A stretch of DNA of 63,845 bases, the filler included, from Reticulomyxa filosa (Eukaryota > Protista > Foraminifera), in the NCBI GenBank assembly GCA_000512085.1. It is 14 parts of 14 records of this genome, joined end to end, with 100 filler letters (N's around TTAATTAATTAA, not from the genome) between each part and the next. Parts side by side here need not be neighbours in the genome. Positions count along the whole stretch, not along the records: positions 1 to 16,820 come from ASPP01000845.1; 13 more parts are not named here. One strand, 5' to 3'. Made by a program: the position numbers and the translations under genes. The notes below the pieces were generated by a model. It was given only the letters and a program-made list of their open reading frames with translations. It had not been told where the DNA came from and did no database searches. Shown here piece after piece: positions 1-15,039 of this stretch. Position 1 is the first letter of the stretch; each line of letters opens with the position of its first letter.

Positions 1-1
1 A

Positions 2-563
2 ACCGATGGTACCACGAAAAAACATTCTTTATGTTTCAAATATGACAAATTGAAATATGAAGTATTGGACACATTTGAGTACTCGGGACAAATTACAGTA
101 TATTAAAGATTCAAACTTTCAGTTGTCGAAAACATCAAATACGTGCTCAATTATCCTATGAAAAGTTTCCAATTGTTGGAGATACTACTTATCGTTGCTC
201 ATTGCCATTTTTGGCAAATAAAGATTGTGAAAAATTTACTGAATCATTGAATATTAAATCTAAACCGTCTAAAAATCGAAACAGTTCCATTCAAGTAATC
301 TAATGTTCGTTGGTGAATGCGAAAAATTAATTGCACTTCATGCATGGACACTTGAATATGAATGCCCTTTCACTAAACAGCTACGATGCATTGAGTCGCC
401 CATTCCTTTATATTGGACTGCCAGATTTGGTTTACCTGTTATTCATAAAATATTTGATCACTTGTGGGACGTCAGCTGGAAAGATGTTGTACTAAATGAA
501 ATACGAAAATGGTTTTGCTCAAGAAACCTCAATATTTTAAATTCAATTGAAACTGTTTGTTAG
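2..563 (+). CDS. RluA/RluD-family (RPUSD-like) pseudouridine synthase, C-terminal part; 5' truncated; two apparent single-base frameshifts in A-runs (~90 and ~271-275)
   Basis: Hand translation gives KYEVLDTF (frame 2), then SCRKHQIRAQLS...FPIVGDTTY (frame 1), then IALHAWTLEYECPFT (ORF 303..563). These match the family motifs TGRxHQIRxH, PIxGDxxY and LHAxxLxFxHP. Confidence 0.8.
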
Positions 564-838
564 TACTTTATTTCAGTGAGATATTGTGGTCTAAAATCAA
601 ACTACAATTTTACCAATATAATTAATAAAAAATAAGTGTATGCATCAAAATAGATCTTTATGAATAAGTCTAATTTTTTAATTAAACATTATATTTTTTC
701 TTAAGCAGTCTATCAAATTAACTGTATTTTGTTCGAGCATTAAGAAAAATATTACAAAATTATTTGACAACAGAAATAAAATTAGAAGAAATAAGTTGTT
801 AATTTAAAGAAATAAAATGATATAAAAAAAGTATTACT

Positions 839-1528
839 TCATTTAGGATATCCTTTCTTCTCTATCAACAATTCCCTTTGATCGGCTATTAGTCGGCATT
901 TTGCAATTCGTGTGATAGGCCATTTGAACTTCCGTGTGCTCTTTATCCTTTCACTTTTAGTACAATAGCTTATCAAAGACGAAATAACTTTGGTAAGGAG
1001 TGTCTGCCTTGAGGACTGTCTCATCTTTAAAACAATGCGAAAAATATGTTTCACAAACAAAGTTGTATATTAATAATTTAACACATTAAAAAAATTAACT
1101 TTATTCCGTCGTTTCGCAATAATTTCTTTCCACTTCGGTTTCTAACTCTTTGGCTTTTTCGCTGCTTTCATGGATCTATAAAAAAGCAAACATGTTTTTC
1201 TCTCGAAGAAAAAAAATTGCAATCCATAAAAAAAATTCACTACACATCAGTCCACCTAGTAGCTGAAAATGAAATCACTAAAAAAAATTTTTCACAAGAT
1301 GCAAATCATCACCGTAACAAAAATAACAATAAAATTTTTGTACCTTAAGCTTCTCGCGTTACACAGTTTAGTTTTCCATTTGCACGTTGGATATTCACCA
1401 TTTGTTATTTTTTGACAGATTCGAATCGTTTCATCGATCAAAAACTCCAGCTTTGCACGTCGTTCGACAGTCTGTAGCTTTTTTTGCAAGAAACTTAAAA
1501 AGACAACAGGTTTAACGTTCTCGTTCAA
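839..1528 (-). CDS. Possible small spliced gene of unknown function
   Basis: GC-richer blocks (839-1025, ~1100-1176, ~1345-1528) are separated by T-rich stretches with GT/AG-like ends. No recognisable domain; exon phases not resolved. Confidence 0.25.
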
Positions 1529-2012
1529 AGAGGGAAAGACAAGCCGCGCAGTTTTACTATTATTGAAAATGTTGATTTTTTTGTTAGTTTATTCGATTTA
1601 AGACTGTGGATGAAATTATGCAAATGGGAGTGTTTTAAAAGAAGAATTGAATACAAAGTTTAGAAGCAAAAATGTTTATCAAACAATTACAGCAAGCACT
1701 TTTCGTCATATTATGTAAATGGTCGAGTATAAAAATAAAATCATTTAAAAATATTGCAGTTCATACAAGACAATGTTTTTGCACACCAAAATATCAGTTG
1801 GAACAAAGGGATAATCACTTCAGTGCTGTCTTGTTCCCAAAAGAAAACAGTGTTCAATACCTCGGAAAAAACGTTTTATGGGACCTCATGAAAAAGATGC
1901 AAAAAAATGTGGATGAAGTGGAGGCATATGATCTCCAAAAACAAAAAAAGCAATCACTATATTTTGTCTGGTTGCTAACTTGAAAAAAAAGTGTTTTTAT
2001 TGAAAGATGGAA

Positions 2013-3423
2013 TCAAAATAACTCCCCCAAGAATAAAGTTTTGTCGCTAGAAGCCGAAACAATGATAGGCTCGAATGGATGAATATCCACTTCATTGCAG
2101 GAGCCAGTGTGTCCAGGTAGTTTGTAAAGGACTTGTCCACCCCAAACATCCAAGACATATGCACATTTATCAGAAGAGCCACTGACTATTCTATTTGCAT
2201 CCTTACTCCAGTTGGCCTTGATCAACAACTTTTCAGTGCCATGTAAAGGTCCAAAAAGGACTTTTTTGCATCTCTCATCGCTTTCTTTTAAAAACTTGTT
2301 TAGTGAGTCTTTATTGTCATCGTCATTTTCAGTGGGATTTGGCTTGTCTGCATCTGAAACTCGCCCACTGACAAAAGGTTGAATGTCCCAAACGCGAATG
2401 CATCCATCCATGCCATTGCTCAGCAAATACTTTCCGTCCATGGACAACGACAAGCTTGTGATTGTTTCTTTATGTCCATGCAAGTATGACAACGGCTTAT
2501 GTGACTTTCTGCCGTCCCACACTTTGATGACATTGTCAATGCCCCCTGTATACAATTTCAATGCATTGTCACTCAATGCAACTGCAGTCACTTGATACGT
2601 GCAGTCAAATGTCTTCAATGGAGGCTTCATTCGAATGTCAAATATTTTTGCCGAGCCATCATCCGAGCCTGTATCAATTTGTCATCACACAATTCTAATT
2701 TTTTTTGGTTCTCCCTTTTTTTTTTTTAAAAAAAAGGAGTAAAAAAAAAATTGGTTGCCACGGGTGATCGCATAATTATAAATAATGTGTTCTTCCGTTT
2801 TATTAGTTTGTGTAACATATAAAAACCTGTTGCCAAAAATTGAGTGCCTTTTTTGGTCGGTGAAACGCTGTTGACAAATGACATGTGCGATTTAATCTTT
2901 TTAATTCGTGCGCCGTATTCCACATCCCAAATGGATACTGTTTTGTCTGCCGAAGAGGTGAATAGATATTCGTCACCTCCGCTCCACTGTAGTTGCAGGA
3001 TGCTGTTGGTATGTCCTTTCAATACGGTGTGGTTTTCACAGTCGCCATATACATGCCAGATAAGCACTTGCTTGTCCGCTCCGGCACTGGCCAGGTTCGC
3101 TCCATCGTGACTGAAACGACAAGTGTAGACTGGTCCTGTGTGGCCTTCCAATAACATTGTTGGAGAGTTCAGATTACTTGTTCGTGTTGTCGACTTTTCC
3201 GTTTTTTGTTTGCCACAACAATCGAGTTTTTTAATGGAGAAGTTAGTTCTTTTTTTCTCTCTCTCACCAACACACTGGGGATAAAAGACAAAAACTTCTT
3301 TACTGATTTCGGGTCAAATTTTCCTATCTTGTTCTCTTCGCTTGAGATTATTTCCAAACGAGGTTTTTTTGCTGCTGGATATGTGAGATCTACAGCGAGC
3401 TCTGATAAAGGTCGCTTTGACAT
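2013..3423 (-). CDS. SNRNP40: U5 snRNP 40-kDa WD40 protein, spliced
   Basis: ORFs 3169..3423, 2726..3157 and 2013..2630 carry MLLEGHTGPVY, WHVYGDCENH, YKLPGHTGSCNEVDIHPFEPII and C-terminal SDKTLFLGEL. The intron ending tacag rejoins ATG|SDDG. Confidence 0.92.
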
Positions 3424-4091
3424 TTCGTATTATTGGATATGATAATTATTTTAGTAAGGGGCTCTTTTTTAGAAAAGTCCTGACAGCTGACTTGAAACCA
3501 CTTTTTCAATATCACCAAAAAAGGTATAAATGTCAAAGAAAACAACATTTTAAATCAAATGACACAAAAGCTTGTCCGTTCTTTTATGTGGACTCAAAGA
3601 ATGTAAGAAATTATTATAAAAAGATCAGCAAAGCGATAGCATCACAAGTTCCAACGGCGTGCAAGAAAGTGATACTATTGATAAACCTTAACAGCAAAAA
3701 CAATTCGTTTGAAAACTAAATTAATATAGTGATGTTGGGGCCAACACACAAAACTCTTCATTTTGAAAGCTTTCGGATGTTTCGATCATCTTACAAAAAC
3801 CAGTTGTTGACTGTATCACATGCTTTGACTGGAAGGCACTTAAGGCAACCTCAGACTTTAATTTCACGTTTTTTGTCTCATGGTATTGTGTTTGTAAAAG
3901 TAACCAACTGGGATGTAAAACGACAAAAAATAAATAAAGTTTTGGTTTATCAATGAGAGATAGCATTTTTGGCAACAAAAATGACTTGTAACATAAAACG
4001 TGGTGTAAAGTGTTGAATTTTCTTTATTTCTTTATGAATGATGTTTTAGATAAATATATTTTAGTAATAAGAAAAAGAAAAATTATTTATA

Positions 4092-5473
4092 TTATTTGTC
4101 TGGTAACACCACTGACCAAGGATGTTTAACGCGACCATACTGAATATCAGTAATGGCCTTAAACAATTTTCTTGCCAATGGACCAGCATTTTCATTGGGA
4201 TTTTGAGGATTTAATGGGATATTATAATCCTTTCCCTTGTAGTGAATGAGTTTAATTGGTGATATAATGGATGCAGTACCCGCTCCAAAAGATTCTAACA
4301 TCCTTCCTTCGGTGATTGCCTTTGTTACTTCTTTCATAGTAAAAGGTCTTTCTGTAACTTTGAATTCATTCCAATCTTTACAAATTTTTAGAATGGAGTC
4401 TCTGGTCACACCAGGTAAAATGCTTCCGTCTAAGGGACATGTGATTAATTCTTTTTCTTTTTTTTCATTGATCCAGAAAAAGAATTGGTTCATTGTGCCT
4501 ATATATATGTGCATATATGTATGTATATATATATTTTTTTTTTAAAAAAGAAATGTAATGTACCGACTTCAGTGATATAATCATCATCACCAAATAACCA
4601 CATGACTTGAGAATATCCTTTTTCAGCGGCTTGTAATTGTGGAACAATAGTTGGTGCATAATTAAGTCCCAACTTATTACTACCTGTGCCTTTTGGCCAA
4701 GCTCGAACATAATCTTGTGTGCAGTAGAGACTGACAGGTTTGAATCCTTCTCGATAGTGAGGACCGACAGGAGATAATATTACATACAATTTAGCAGCTT
4801 GTGAAGGAGCTATACCAATGAAAGGATGAGTGGAAATTATGTTCGGTCGAATGTACAATGAATAGTTGTCCTTAGATGGCACCCACGAGCGATCCAAGTG
4901 CAACAACGTATACAAACACTTCAAAAATTCGTCACCATTGAAACTGGGCAATGCCAATCGGGTACAACTATTCAATAAGCGATTGACATTTTGATCTGGT
5001 CGAAATAGTCGAATTTTTGTTGGATCAGTTGCATCAACATATGCTTTTAATCCTATTTTTTTTTTATATCAAAAAAAAAAAGAAATTTCATTCAAATTTT
5101 TTTTATTTAAAAAAAAACCTTCAAATGCTTCAATGGCATAATGTAACACCGATGCGGATGGCTCAAGTGATAAAGGGCCATAAGGACGGATTATTGGTTC
5201 ATGCCAACCATTGACTTGATCCCAATCAATTTCTAACATGTGATCGGTAAACTCATGACCAAATATTAGTTGTTCGTAAGCTGTCTTCTTTTTTGGTGAT
5301 GTTGTCTTTTGGATAATCAGTTTTTTAGAGTCAATATCAACACTTGATTTCAATGGCTTGCTAGTTAAAGAAAAGAGTCGTTTGTTGATTGGCATATGAT
5401 ATCGTGAATACAATACATTATCAATACGTTGTTTCCATAGTCTTGCACGAAAGAATACAGATAATGAGCGCAT
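4092..5473 (-). CDS. BCAT: Branched-chain amino acid aminotransferase (class IV PLP enzyme), probably mitochondrial; 3 exons
   Basis: Motifs FGHEFTDHML, LHYAIEAFEG, YVRAWPKGTGSNKLGLNY, EVGTMN, ILPGVTRDS and FGAGTA. The N-terminus is Arg/Ser-rich like a presequence. Introns are GT-AG. Confidence 0.95.
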
Positions 5474-5751
5474 TTTCAAAGAAAATGTGAAATAAGACTC
5501 AGTTTGTTTTTTTTACAAAAGGTTTACTTATAAGTAGGATGACGCTTCAGAGTTTACGATTTTCTCAAAAAATTAATAAATAAAGACGCTAAGGGTTAAT
5601 ATAATATTATTTATTTTTATCTGATTGGGATTATTTTACTAAAAGAACAATCTGAAAAAGGTGAATATTTTTGTTGTGAACCAAAGGATTGTGTTTTCCC
5701 TTACATTTTATCTTTACCTTTATCTTCATCTTCATCTTCATCTTCGTCTTC

Positions 5752-6204
5752 ATGTCTCTTTTTTGGACAATAATTGACTGGACATTAGATCATTTAACAC
5801 CTCAAAGTTTGTTAAATATTATCCTCTGGCTTGTTGGATGGTTTTTTGTATGCTATCTATTAGAATTTGGAGTAGTTTATTTAATGATAACAATAATTTA
5901 TTTAATATTTACGAATTTGGGAAAACGTAAAAAAGGAGAATTGAGTGCATATTCAATGTTTAATCATAATTTTGAACAAATTACTGGAACATTTGATGGT
6001 GAATTTTATGATAATATGTTGCGTCATGGTGGATCATCAACAGCAAATCTTGACAAGACAAAAAAAAATATACAACAGCATCAATCAAATCAAAATATCA
6101 ATGATCCTTGTGCTTGTGATTCTGGTAAAAAGTATAAAAAATGTTGCATGAAAAATTCTCGCCAATCACTCATTCAATCGACAGACGACTATTCTTCCGA
6201 TTGA
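5752..6204 (+). CDS. SAYSD1: SAYSvFN-domain membrane protein with a C-terminal SEC-C zinc-binding motif
   Basis: A hydrophobic hairpin is followed by NLGKRKKGELSAYSMFNHNFEQITGT, then NDPCACDSGKKYKKCC. First ATG in frame is at 5752. Confidence 0.88.
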   Translation: MSLFWTIIDWTLDHLTPQSLLNIILWLVGWFFVCYLLEFGVVYLMITIIYLIFTNLGKRKKGELSAYSMFNHNFEQITGTFDGEFYDNMLRHGGSSTANLDKTKKNIQQHQSNQNINDPCACDSGKKYKKCCMKNSRQSLIQSTDDYSSD

Positions 6205-6694
6205 TGTTATTGCTTATTTCTATGTTTAATCAATGTTTCTTATAGGATTGGCCAAGAAGTGAACAATTATTATTATTTTTTTATCCAAAAAAAAAAACCT
6301 TTTTTTTGAAGACATCATTTATCTTTTTTTTTAAATAATCCTTCAAACATACGCATTTTCTAAATCTTGTTTCAAATGATTTTATGCATACTAGTCATAA
6401 TCAAGTCATTCTTATATATTAAATTCAATTGACATAGTTGCCCCACCCACCGCAAGCGACGGATCTTGATATGATTCAGGTTCGTTGCTATAGTAATAGT
6501 TGAAGACGAAATGTAACATGTCACTTTATAAAAATGATCGATTTTACATCTAAAAAACAAATGTTATTTCCAAATATGATTTTTATGCAACAAAGGACTT
6601 CATTATATTGTTGTTATTCTGTAATGTAAAAAAATCTATTTCAAAAATAATTTTTAATTAATGTGAAATCAAAAGTGTATCATTTTCTTCATAC

Positions 6695-6858
6695 CATTAT
6701 GATAAATATTAAAAAAAAATAAAAAATATATAAATATAATGCCCTTGACTTGGCAATATCATACGTATTTTGAGACAGCAAATCATAGTCTGAAATTCTA
6801 TTTATATGTCCGGTTCTAATCACATTAATCACAATTATTATAAAAAATTATTTTTTAG
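6695..6858. repeat. Repeat family R1, copy 1
   Basis: Shares the blocks TATATAAAT, AATGCCCTTGAC, GTATTTT-N19-TGAA, TATTTATAT and TCACA-N4-TnACA with the copies at ~8.3 and ~10.0 kb. Confidence 0.85.
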
Positions 6859-7369
6859 AGAAATTGTTATATGACACCGCTCCACCACAAAAACGTAAAT
6901 AAATTTATTGAAAAGTTGTTAAAAATTATAACACCAAATTGAACAATTTTTGTTTTTTTTTCTTAAATCTAACACAGAAATAAAAGATCAATAAAAATTT
7001 GTTAATTCTCAAGCAACTTAATAACTAGACCATAAACAGAATGCTAAGGGAAAGTATCGTTAGATTTGTATCAACGGGCTACTATCTCAAAAAATATCCA
7101 AAAATTTCATAATCAAAAAAATCAAATTAAATCTAACAACAAAAAAAAAAAGGCATTCGAACAGTTTGATATATCGTCATTTATTTAGTTGTTAATATGA
7201 AATTTCTTCTTTGATCGAGTTCGTACTTTCTTGTACTATGCTGTTTGACTGTTGTTAGGAAAGTAAAAAAAAAACGTAACATTCTTATGTTCGTCAATAT
7301 TACTGTTGGACTTTTCTCAAGCTACTAGCTTTTGAAACGTTGAATGAGAAATGTAAAATGATTTTTTAA

Positions 7370-7945
7370 AATAAATTTTCAATTCTCAATTTGTGAAAAA
7401 TTTTCAAAATTTGCAATTCGGAAAGAAAATATTTACAAACTTTTGCACAAAATATAAATATGAAAGCAAAAAAAAAATTAAATAAAAGAAAAACAAGTGA
7501 AAGTGAGTAATGTGTTATTAGAACAAAGGGGTTCACTTGGATTTTGCGAGAATTGCTTATTACGATGTATCATGAAAAAAATTTTAATTTTTAAAACTAA
7601 AATAATTTGTATTTGTACATTTTGTATCATATCTTACTTAGTTCATGTTAAAAAAAAACAACTCAATTTGAACAAATGCTTGTGTACAATCTAATTACTT
7701 CATTTTACTTCCATTGAGGAAAAAAATAAAAAAGAAACGACAGAAAACTAAGCAAAAGAAACTAAATTGTAGGTTTGTCTGTTACTATGGTCCTGCTACA
7801 GCAATTATATACGTCATTTCTATCAAAACGTATGAAACTTGTTTATCATTACCAAAAATACCCAATAAAACAACTGTTGTGACAGCGTAAATAAGTTGAT
7901 ATATAACGCATTTATGTTTTTCTTGACTCCAAATCGATAGCAAAG
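7370..7945. repeat. Degenerate segmental duplication, copy A (partner 10145-10560)
   Basis: Shared runs include tttgtatttgtacattttgtatcat, tcttacttagttcatgttaaaaaaaa, tttgtctgttactat and ccaaatcgata. Confidence 0.85.
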
Positions 7946-8274
7946 TATGTGTATGCATATATGACCTGACTGTCAAGTAATAAAAACTTTTGGTGCGAAT
8001 GTATAAATAGCTAATGTCCAAATAAATCTTTTTTCTTTCAATTCCTATTTCGTTAGAAACAAAAACTTTTTGAAGACATTCTAACACTATATTATCGATT
8101 CAATATAAATATTTATCCCAAACCAAAGAGAGTTATAAAAAAAGACTAAACAAAGAAAATATAATAAAAAAAAAGTATATCAAAAATTTACTTTAAAATT
8201 GTTATATACATTTTTGAAAAACAAACAACAAAATTCAAATAGTATAAATGATTATTTCTTTTCTGTTGCCGATC

Positions 8275-8418
8275 AATTATGATAAATTAAAAAAAAAAAA
8301 AATTATATAAATAGAATGCCCTTGACTTGAGTAACATTTTGGTGTATTTTCATGTCGCAAACTCGACATTGAATTTGTATTTATATGTCACATTTGTGTC
8401 ACATGCATGACAATTCTT
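8275..8418. repeat. Repeat family R1, copy 2
   Basis: Same conserved blocks and spacing as copy 1; core GCCCTTGAC starts at 8318. Confidence 0.85.
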
Positions 8419-9941
8419 GGTCAGTATTTGATAATGAAATTTATGTTAGAAATTAAGAAAGAATTATTTGGTTGTATCAATTCTTTTTGTTTTTTTAAAA
8501 AATAACAATTGTTAAGTGGAATATTAAACAAAAGAAAAGATCGATCTATTTTCATTTTCATTCCATTTATAAAAAAAAATAAATAGAAAAATGCATATCA
8601 CCACATGTGGAATTGATGAAAACTCAAATTTTTGATAATTGAGAAACTTTGACCAAGCTTATTCAATATCTGAAGAATTGATGTTGAATATATTTAAAAC
8701 AATAATTCTTAAATGATTGAGATTAAATAAATATTATAGAATTTGATTCAATAGAAATGATCACACACGTTGAGAGTATCCAAAGCACATCTATCACATT
8801 GAAATTTTCTGTTGTAATTAGTCCCTCGTACAAGAATAAACAGAAAGTCAAGTTTCAAAGTGAAGCTTTGCGCAACAATTATGTTTCTTTTCAGAGGAGT
8901 TATACACATCAACATAACAGTCACCTTTATCGTCATACCTAGACTACATAGATAAAATCTGGAATCGATTTCACAGTTTTTTTTTTACATTTAAAATTGT
9001 CTAAATCCAAGATGAATTTGAGTCAACATTTTAATTTTTTTAATCATTTCAATAAAAAGAAACAATGATTCAAATTGAAATTGCTAACTTACTCATAATA
9101 AAGATTGTCTACAGTTATATATCTTTCAAAATGCAATCAAATAAGTGGTGATAATTTGTTCAAGTTATATTGAAACGATAATTTATTACCATTAATAGAT
9201 CATTTAAATGTAGTATGCTCAAAATTGGAATGATATTATCAACATTGTAAGAGCTGTTGCTGCTGAAGGAGACTGCGCTAAATATAATACGAAAAGTGAT
9301 AAACTCTTTCGAGCAGATTTTCGATAACTCAAAGTAATTTAAATAAATAAAGAAGAAATGGCAAAAACAATAACGAAAGAGTAAAGGGAAAAAACACAAG
9401 AAAGGTTGTTGTGAAGAGTTGGGAAAGTTTAACCCACCGGGGGCTCATCAGCCCCTTTTACTTTATAGGAGCTTCTCCTACAACATTTCGAAGCTTTAAT
9501 ATTGAATTGAATCATAAAAAAAAATTGAGACAACAAAGATTAACTAAAAGTGATGAATACATTAAAAAAAAAATAATATCACAAAACTGCCGTTGTTAGA
9601 CTTTACCGACATATATGAAAGAAAGTGTAACAAATACAATAATTCAAAACCATTCAAAAAATGGATCTATCATTCAAGTAACTTTTTTCTTTTCTTAATA
9701 TTCTAAATTATTTTCTATGTCAAAACTTGTGATAATATATTTAAGTTAGTTGAGTTTCTGATTCTATCTTGTTTGTTTGTTATGCAATAACTTTGCCAAT
9801 CTGTTACAAATGATTTCTCATTTCGTTATTATCTGTCATACAAAATATGTTATAACACAATTTAAAATCATAATTTTAAAAGAAGTGTTATAAATGAAAA
9901 ATTAAAATATTATCTATGTAAAATTTTTTTCTGTAGACTTT

Positions 9942-10108
9942 CCATTAAGATTAATATGAAAAAAAATAAAAAATATATAAATGAAATGCCCTTGACATGG
10001 GCAATAATTGGATGTATTTTGAGACTTCAACTCTGATTTTGAAATTGTATTTATATATCTGGTTTCCATCACAATAATCACACTTCTTATAAAAAATTAT
10101 TTTCTAAA
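9942..10108. repeat. Repeat family R1, copy 3 (minus-strand frame is open: KKCDYCDGNQIYKYNF...)
   Basis: Same conserved blocks; core GCCCTTGAC starts at 9988. Confidence 0.85.
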
Positions 10109-10144
10109 GAATATAAACATTTCAGCTAATAAGACTTAAACTAT

Positions 10145-10560
10145 ATTTTCAATTTCCAATTTCGTGAAAAATTTTTGAAAAATTTATAATTTGGAAAGAG
10201 ATTGTTTTCGAAATGAATAAATTTTATTTTTAAAGCTAAAATGATTTGTATTTGTACATTTTGTATCATGTCTTACTTAGTTCATGTTAAAAAAAAATCT
10301 CTGAACAAAAGCTCGCGTATGAGATCTTTTTATTTCTGCTGAGGAAGGAAATAAAAAAGAAATCGACAGAAAGTCTAGCAAAAAAAAAACTAAATCGTAA
10401 GGCAATTACTGTGTATTGGAAAAGATTTGTCTGTTACTATATCAAATTATATACATTACTTCCCTCAAAACGTGTGATTACCAAAAGCACCCAATAGAGC
10501 ATAAAATAAGTTGACATATAATGCATTTATATTTTTTTTATTCCAAATCGATAACAAAGC
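10145..10560. repeat. Degenerate segmental duplication, copy B (partner 7370-7945)
   Basis: Direct sequence similarity to copy A, with internal deletions. Confidence 0.85.
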
Positions 10561-11829
10561 AAAAAAAGAAATTTTTAATTACATTTTTATGTGTGTCGTT
10601 GAATTGTGTAAAATTTTTTTTGATTTATTTGTTGTATACCTATTTTAGTTATGAAAACTTTAAATATTGAATTTTATTGTGAAATTCTTTTATTTTTAAA
10701 ATTTTGTATATCGCAAAAGTTTTTTCATTTAAGACAGATTTTGGATCGAAAGGTAAATATATGCAACGAAGTTGTATGACATGGTCATGCACTTCATTTG
10801 TGTTTCAATAAAATTTGAACATTTTTCTTTAAATTCAACACTTGTTTTGAGTAGTTGAAAAGTTTGCTCTTTTTTTTGTTAACAGAGTGACGCCTTTGTC
10901 TAGTGCAGAACACAGTACCAACACTAGTGTTTGGTCAAGGAAACTGTAGGGCAACGTTCCAAAGGAACGTTAAACACTTTTTTTTTTAAACTTCTTACTC
11001 ACTTCTCTACTTCGGCTATTTTGCATTTTGCTTTTTTAATTTTCTTGATGACTGAGATTTGATCAAAAGTACTTTAGTACTGACACTTTTTTTGTCAAGC
11101 CCAAAAGAAATGTGCAGAACACTTGTTCAAGACGACCGTTATTTCAAAAAGTTAAACAGCTTTGAAGCAAATTTTACGGAACCATTCACGTTCCGACAAA
11201 AAGTAAAAAGTTTAAGTTTTGTAGAAATGTTCACGAATTTCAGTTTATTGCGTTTCTCCGTCGCATGCATATATCGTCAGTTGATAAAATGTTTGCAAGC
11301 AATCTTGCTGTATTTTCAAATGATTATAACAATCGCTGTGGAGTCTTTTAGTTTTTTATTTACGTACAATTATCAAATGCTTAAGAAGTGATACGTACAA
11401 AATTTCTGTGCAAAATGGATTGAATAAAAAAGTCTAGTTTTCTGACCTTGCATTAATATGGATGGGATTCTAAAAATGCAAACGAGTACTAGACACTTTT
11501 TTTGTATTAACATTTTGTGGTCTTTGGGGTGAAAAAGGAATATTTTTTTCGAAATAAAAACATCTTGTGAATTTGTTTAAAAAAAACCAAACCGTTCAGC
11601 GCACAAGCGCATCGAAATGAACTATACAATCGCATCATTAAAAAAACGAAATGAGCAAAACCGACACAGTCACCAGACAGACACGATCCGGAGAATAAAA
11701 AATAATTTTATACATAACGTCTGCCACAAAAAAAAAAATTCCAGAAAAATGAAACAAGAGAGAATAGCACGAGAGGAAAACATTTTCACGATGTGTTGGA
11801 GGAGTGAGAAAAAAAACTGCACAGCTGTT

Positions 11830-14130
<2,301 letters not shown>

Positions 14131-15039
14131 ATATTGCGAGTTAAGATTGGTAACGAGATCAAGCAAACACACTTGCTAAGTAAGAGTAACAAAAAAAAAC
14201 TTTTCGTTCGCTTACTCAAGTCCGAAAACTAACCCCAGACTGAGCTACTTTTGTCGCTTTAATTCATTCGATACATACATTTTTTGGTAACACTCCACGC
14301 TTGTGGAACTTACAAACAAAATATTTTCTCAAAAGAGCCAAAATTGTAATTACTGCTTTACTTGCAGAAAGGTACACACTTTTTTTTGAAGATGTTGCAT
14401 TTTATACATTTTTGTTTTAAATTATGCTCGTTGAAAAGTCTTGGCATAAACAAGTTCGTAAAAGATTAGTATCAGAAAAAATGGATATACTTTTTTTTAA
14501 TAAGGTATGCAAAAAAACGTTTTGTACGAAAAAGAAAAGACGTCAGCGTTTTTTGTATGCCATATCTTCACATGTTCTAGAGCAATTACAATACAATTTT
14601 CTATTAAACTTATTGTAAAGCTTAATAAAAGTATACTGGAATTGCTTTCAAAAAAGAAAATTACTTCTTTTAAATTTTTTTTGGTTGAGGAAGATAATTG
14701 AACAGTACATAATTAGTGAGCTCAATGCTTTTTTAATTTTTTAGGAATATAAAAAAGATGAAATATTGCTTAGAGAGAGATGAGTAAAAAAGAAAACACG
14801 TGCTATAATGTGATGAGGTTGTTTTACTTTTCAAGCTTGAATAATGAGATGATTGAGAGTAAAAACTAAGCACAACAAAAAAAAAAGCTTTCGGCTGAAA
14901 GCAAAGTAAGTGGCTGTACATGCTACGCGATTGGAAACTTGCCACTCCTCTCAAAAATTAATTAGAGGACGAAACTTAACCAATTAATATATGCTTAGAG
15001 AAAGAAAAAAGAAAACTCACACCTATTTTGAAAACCGTT

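Noticed and set aside
6727-6808. R1 fold read as a tRNA
   Set aside because: No GTTCRA T-loop, no D-loop GG and no canonical anticodon loop.
9992-10020. TTGACA-N17-TATTTT resembling a sigma-70 promoter (also in R1 copy 2)
   Set aside because: The context is eukaryotic, there is no downstream ORF, copy 1 has a 15-nt spacer, and such matches arise easily in AT-rich DNA.
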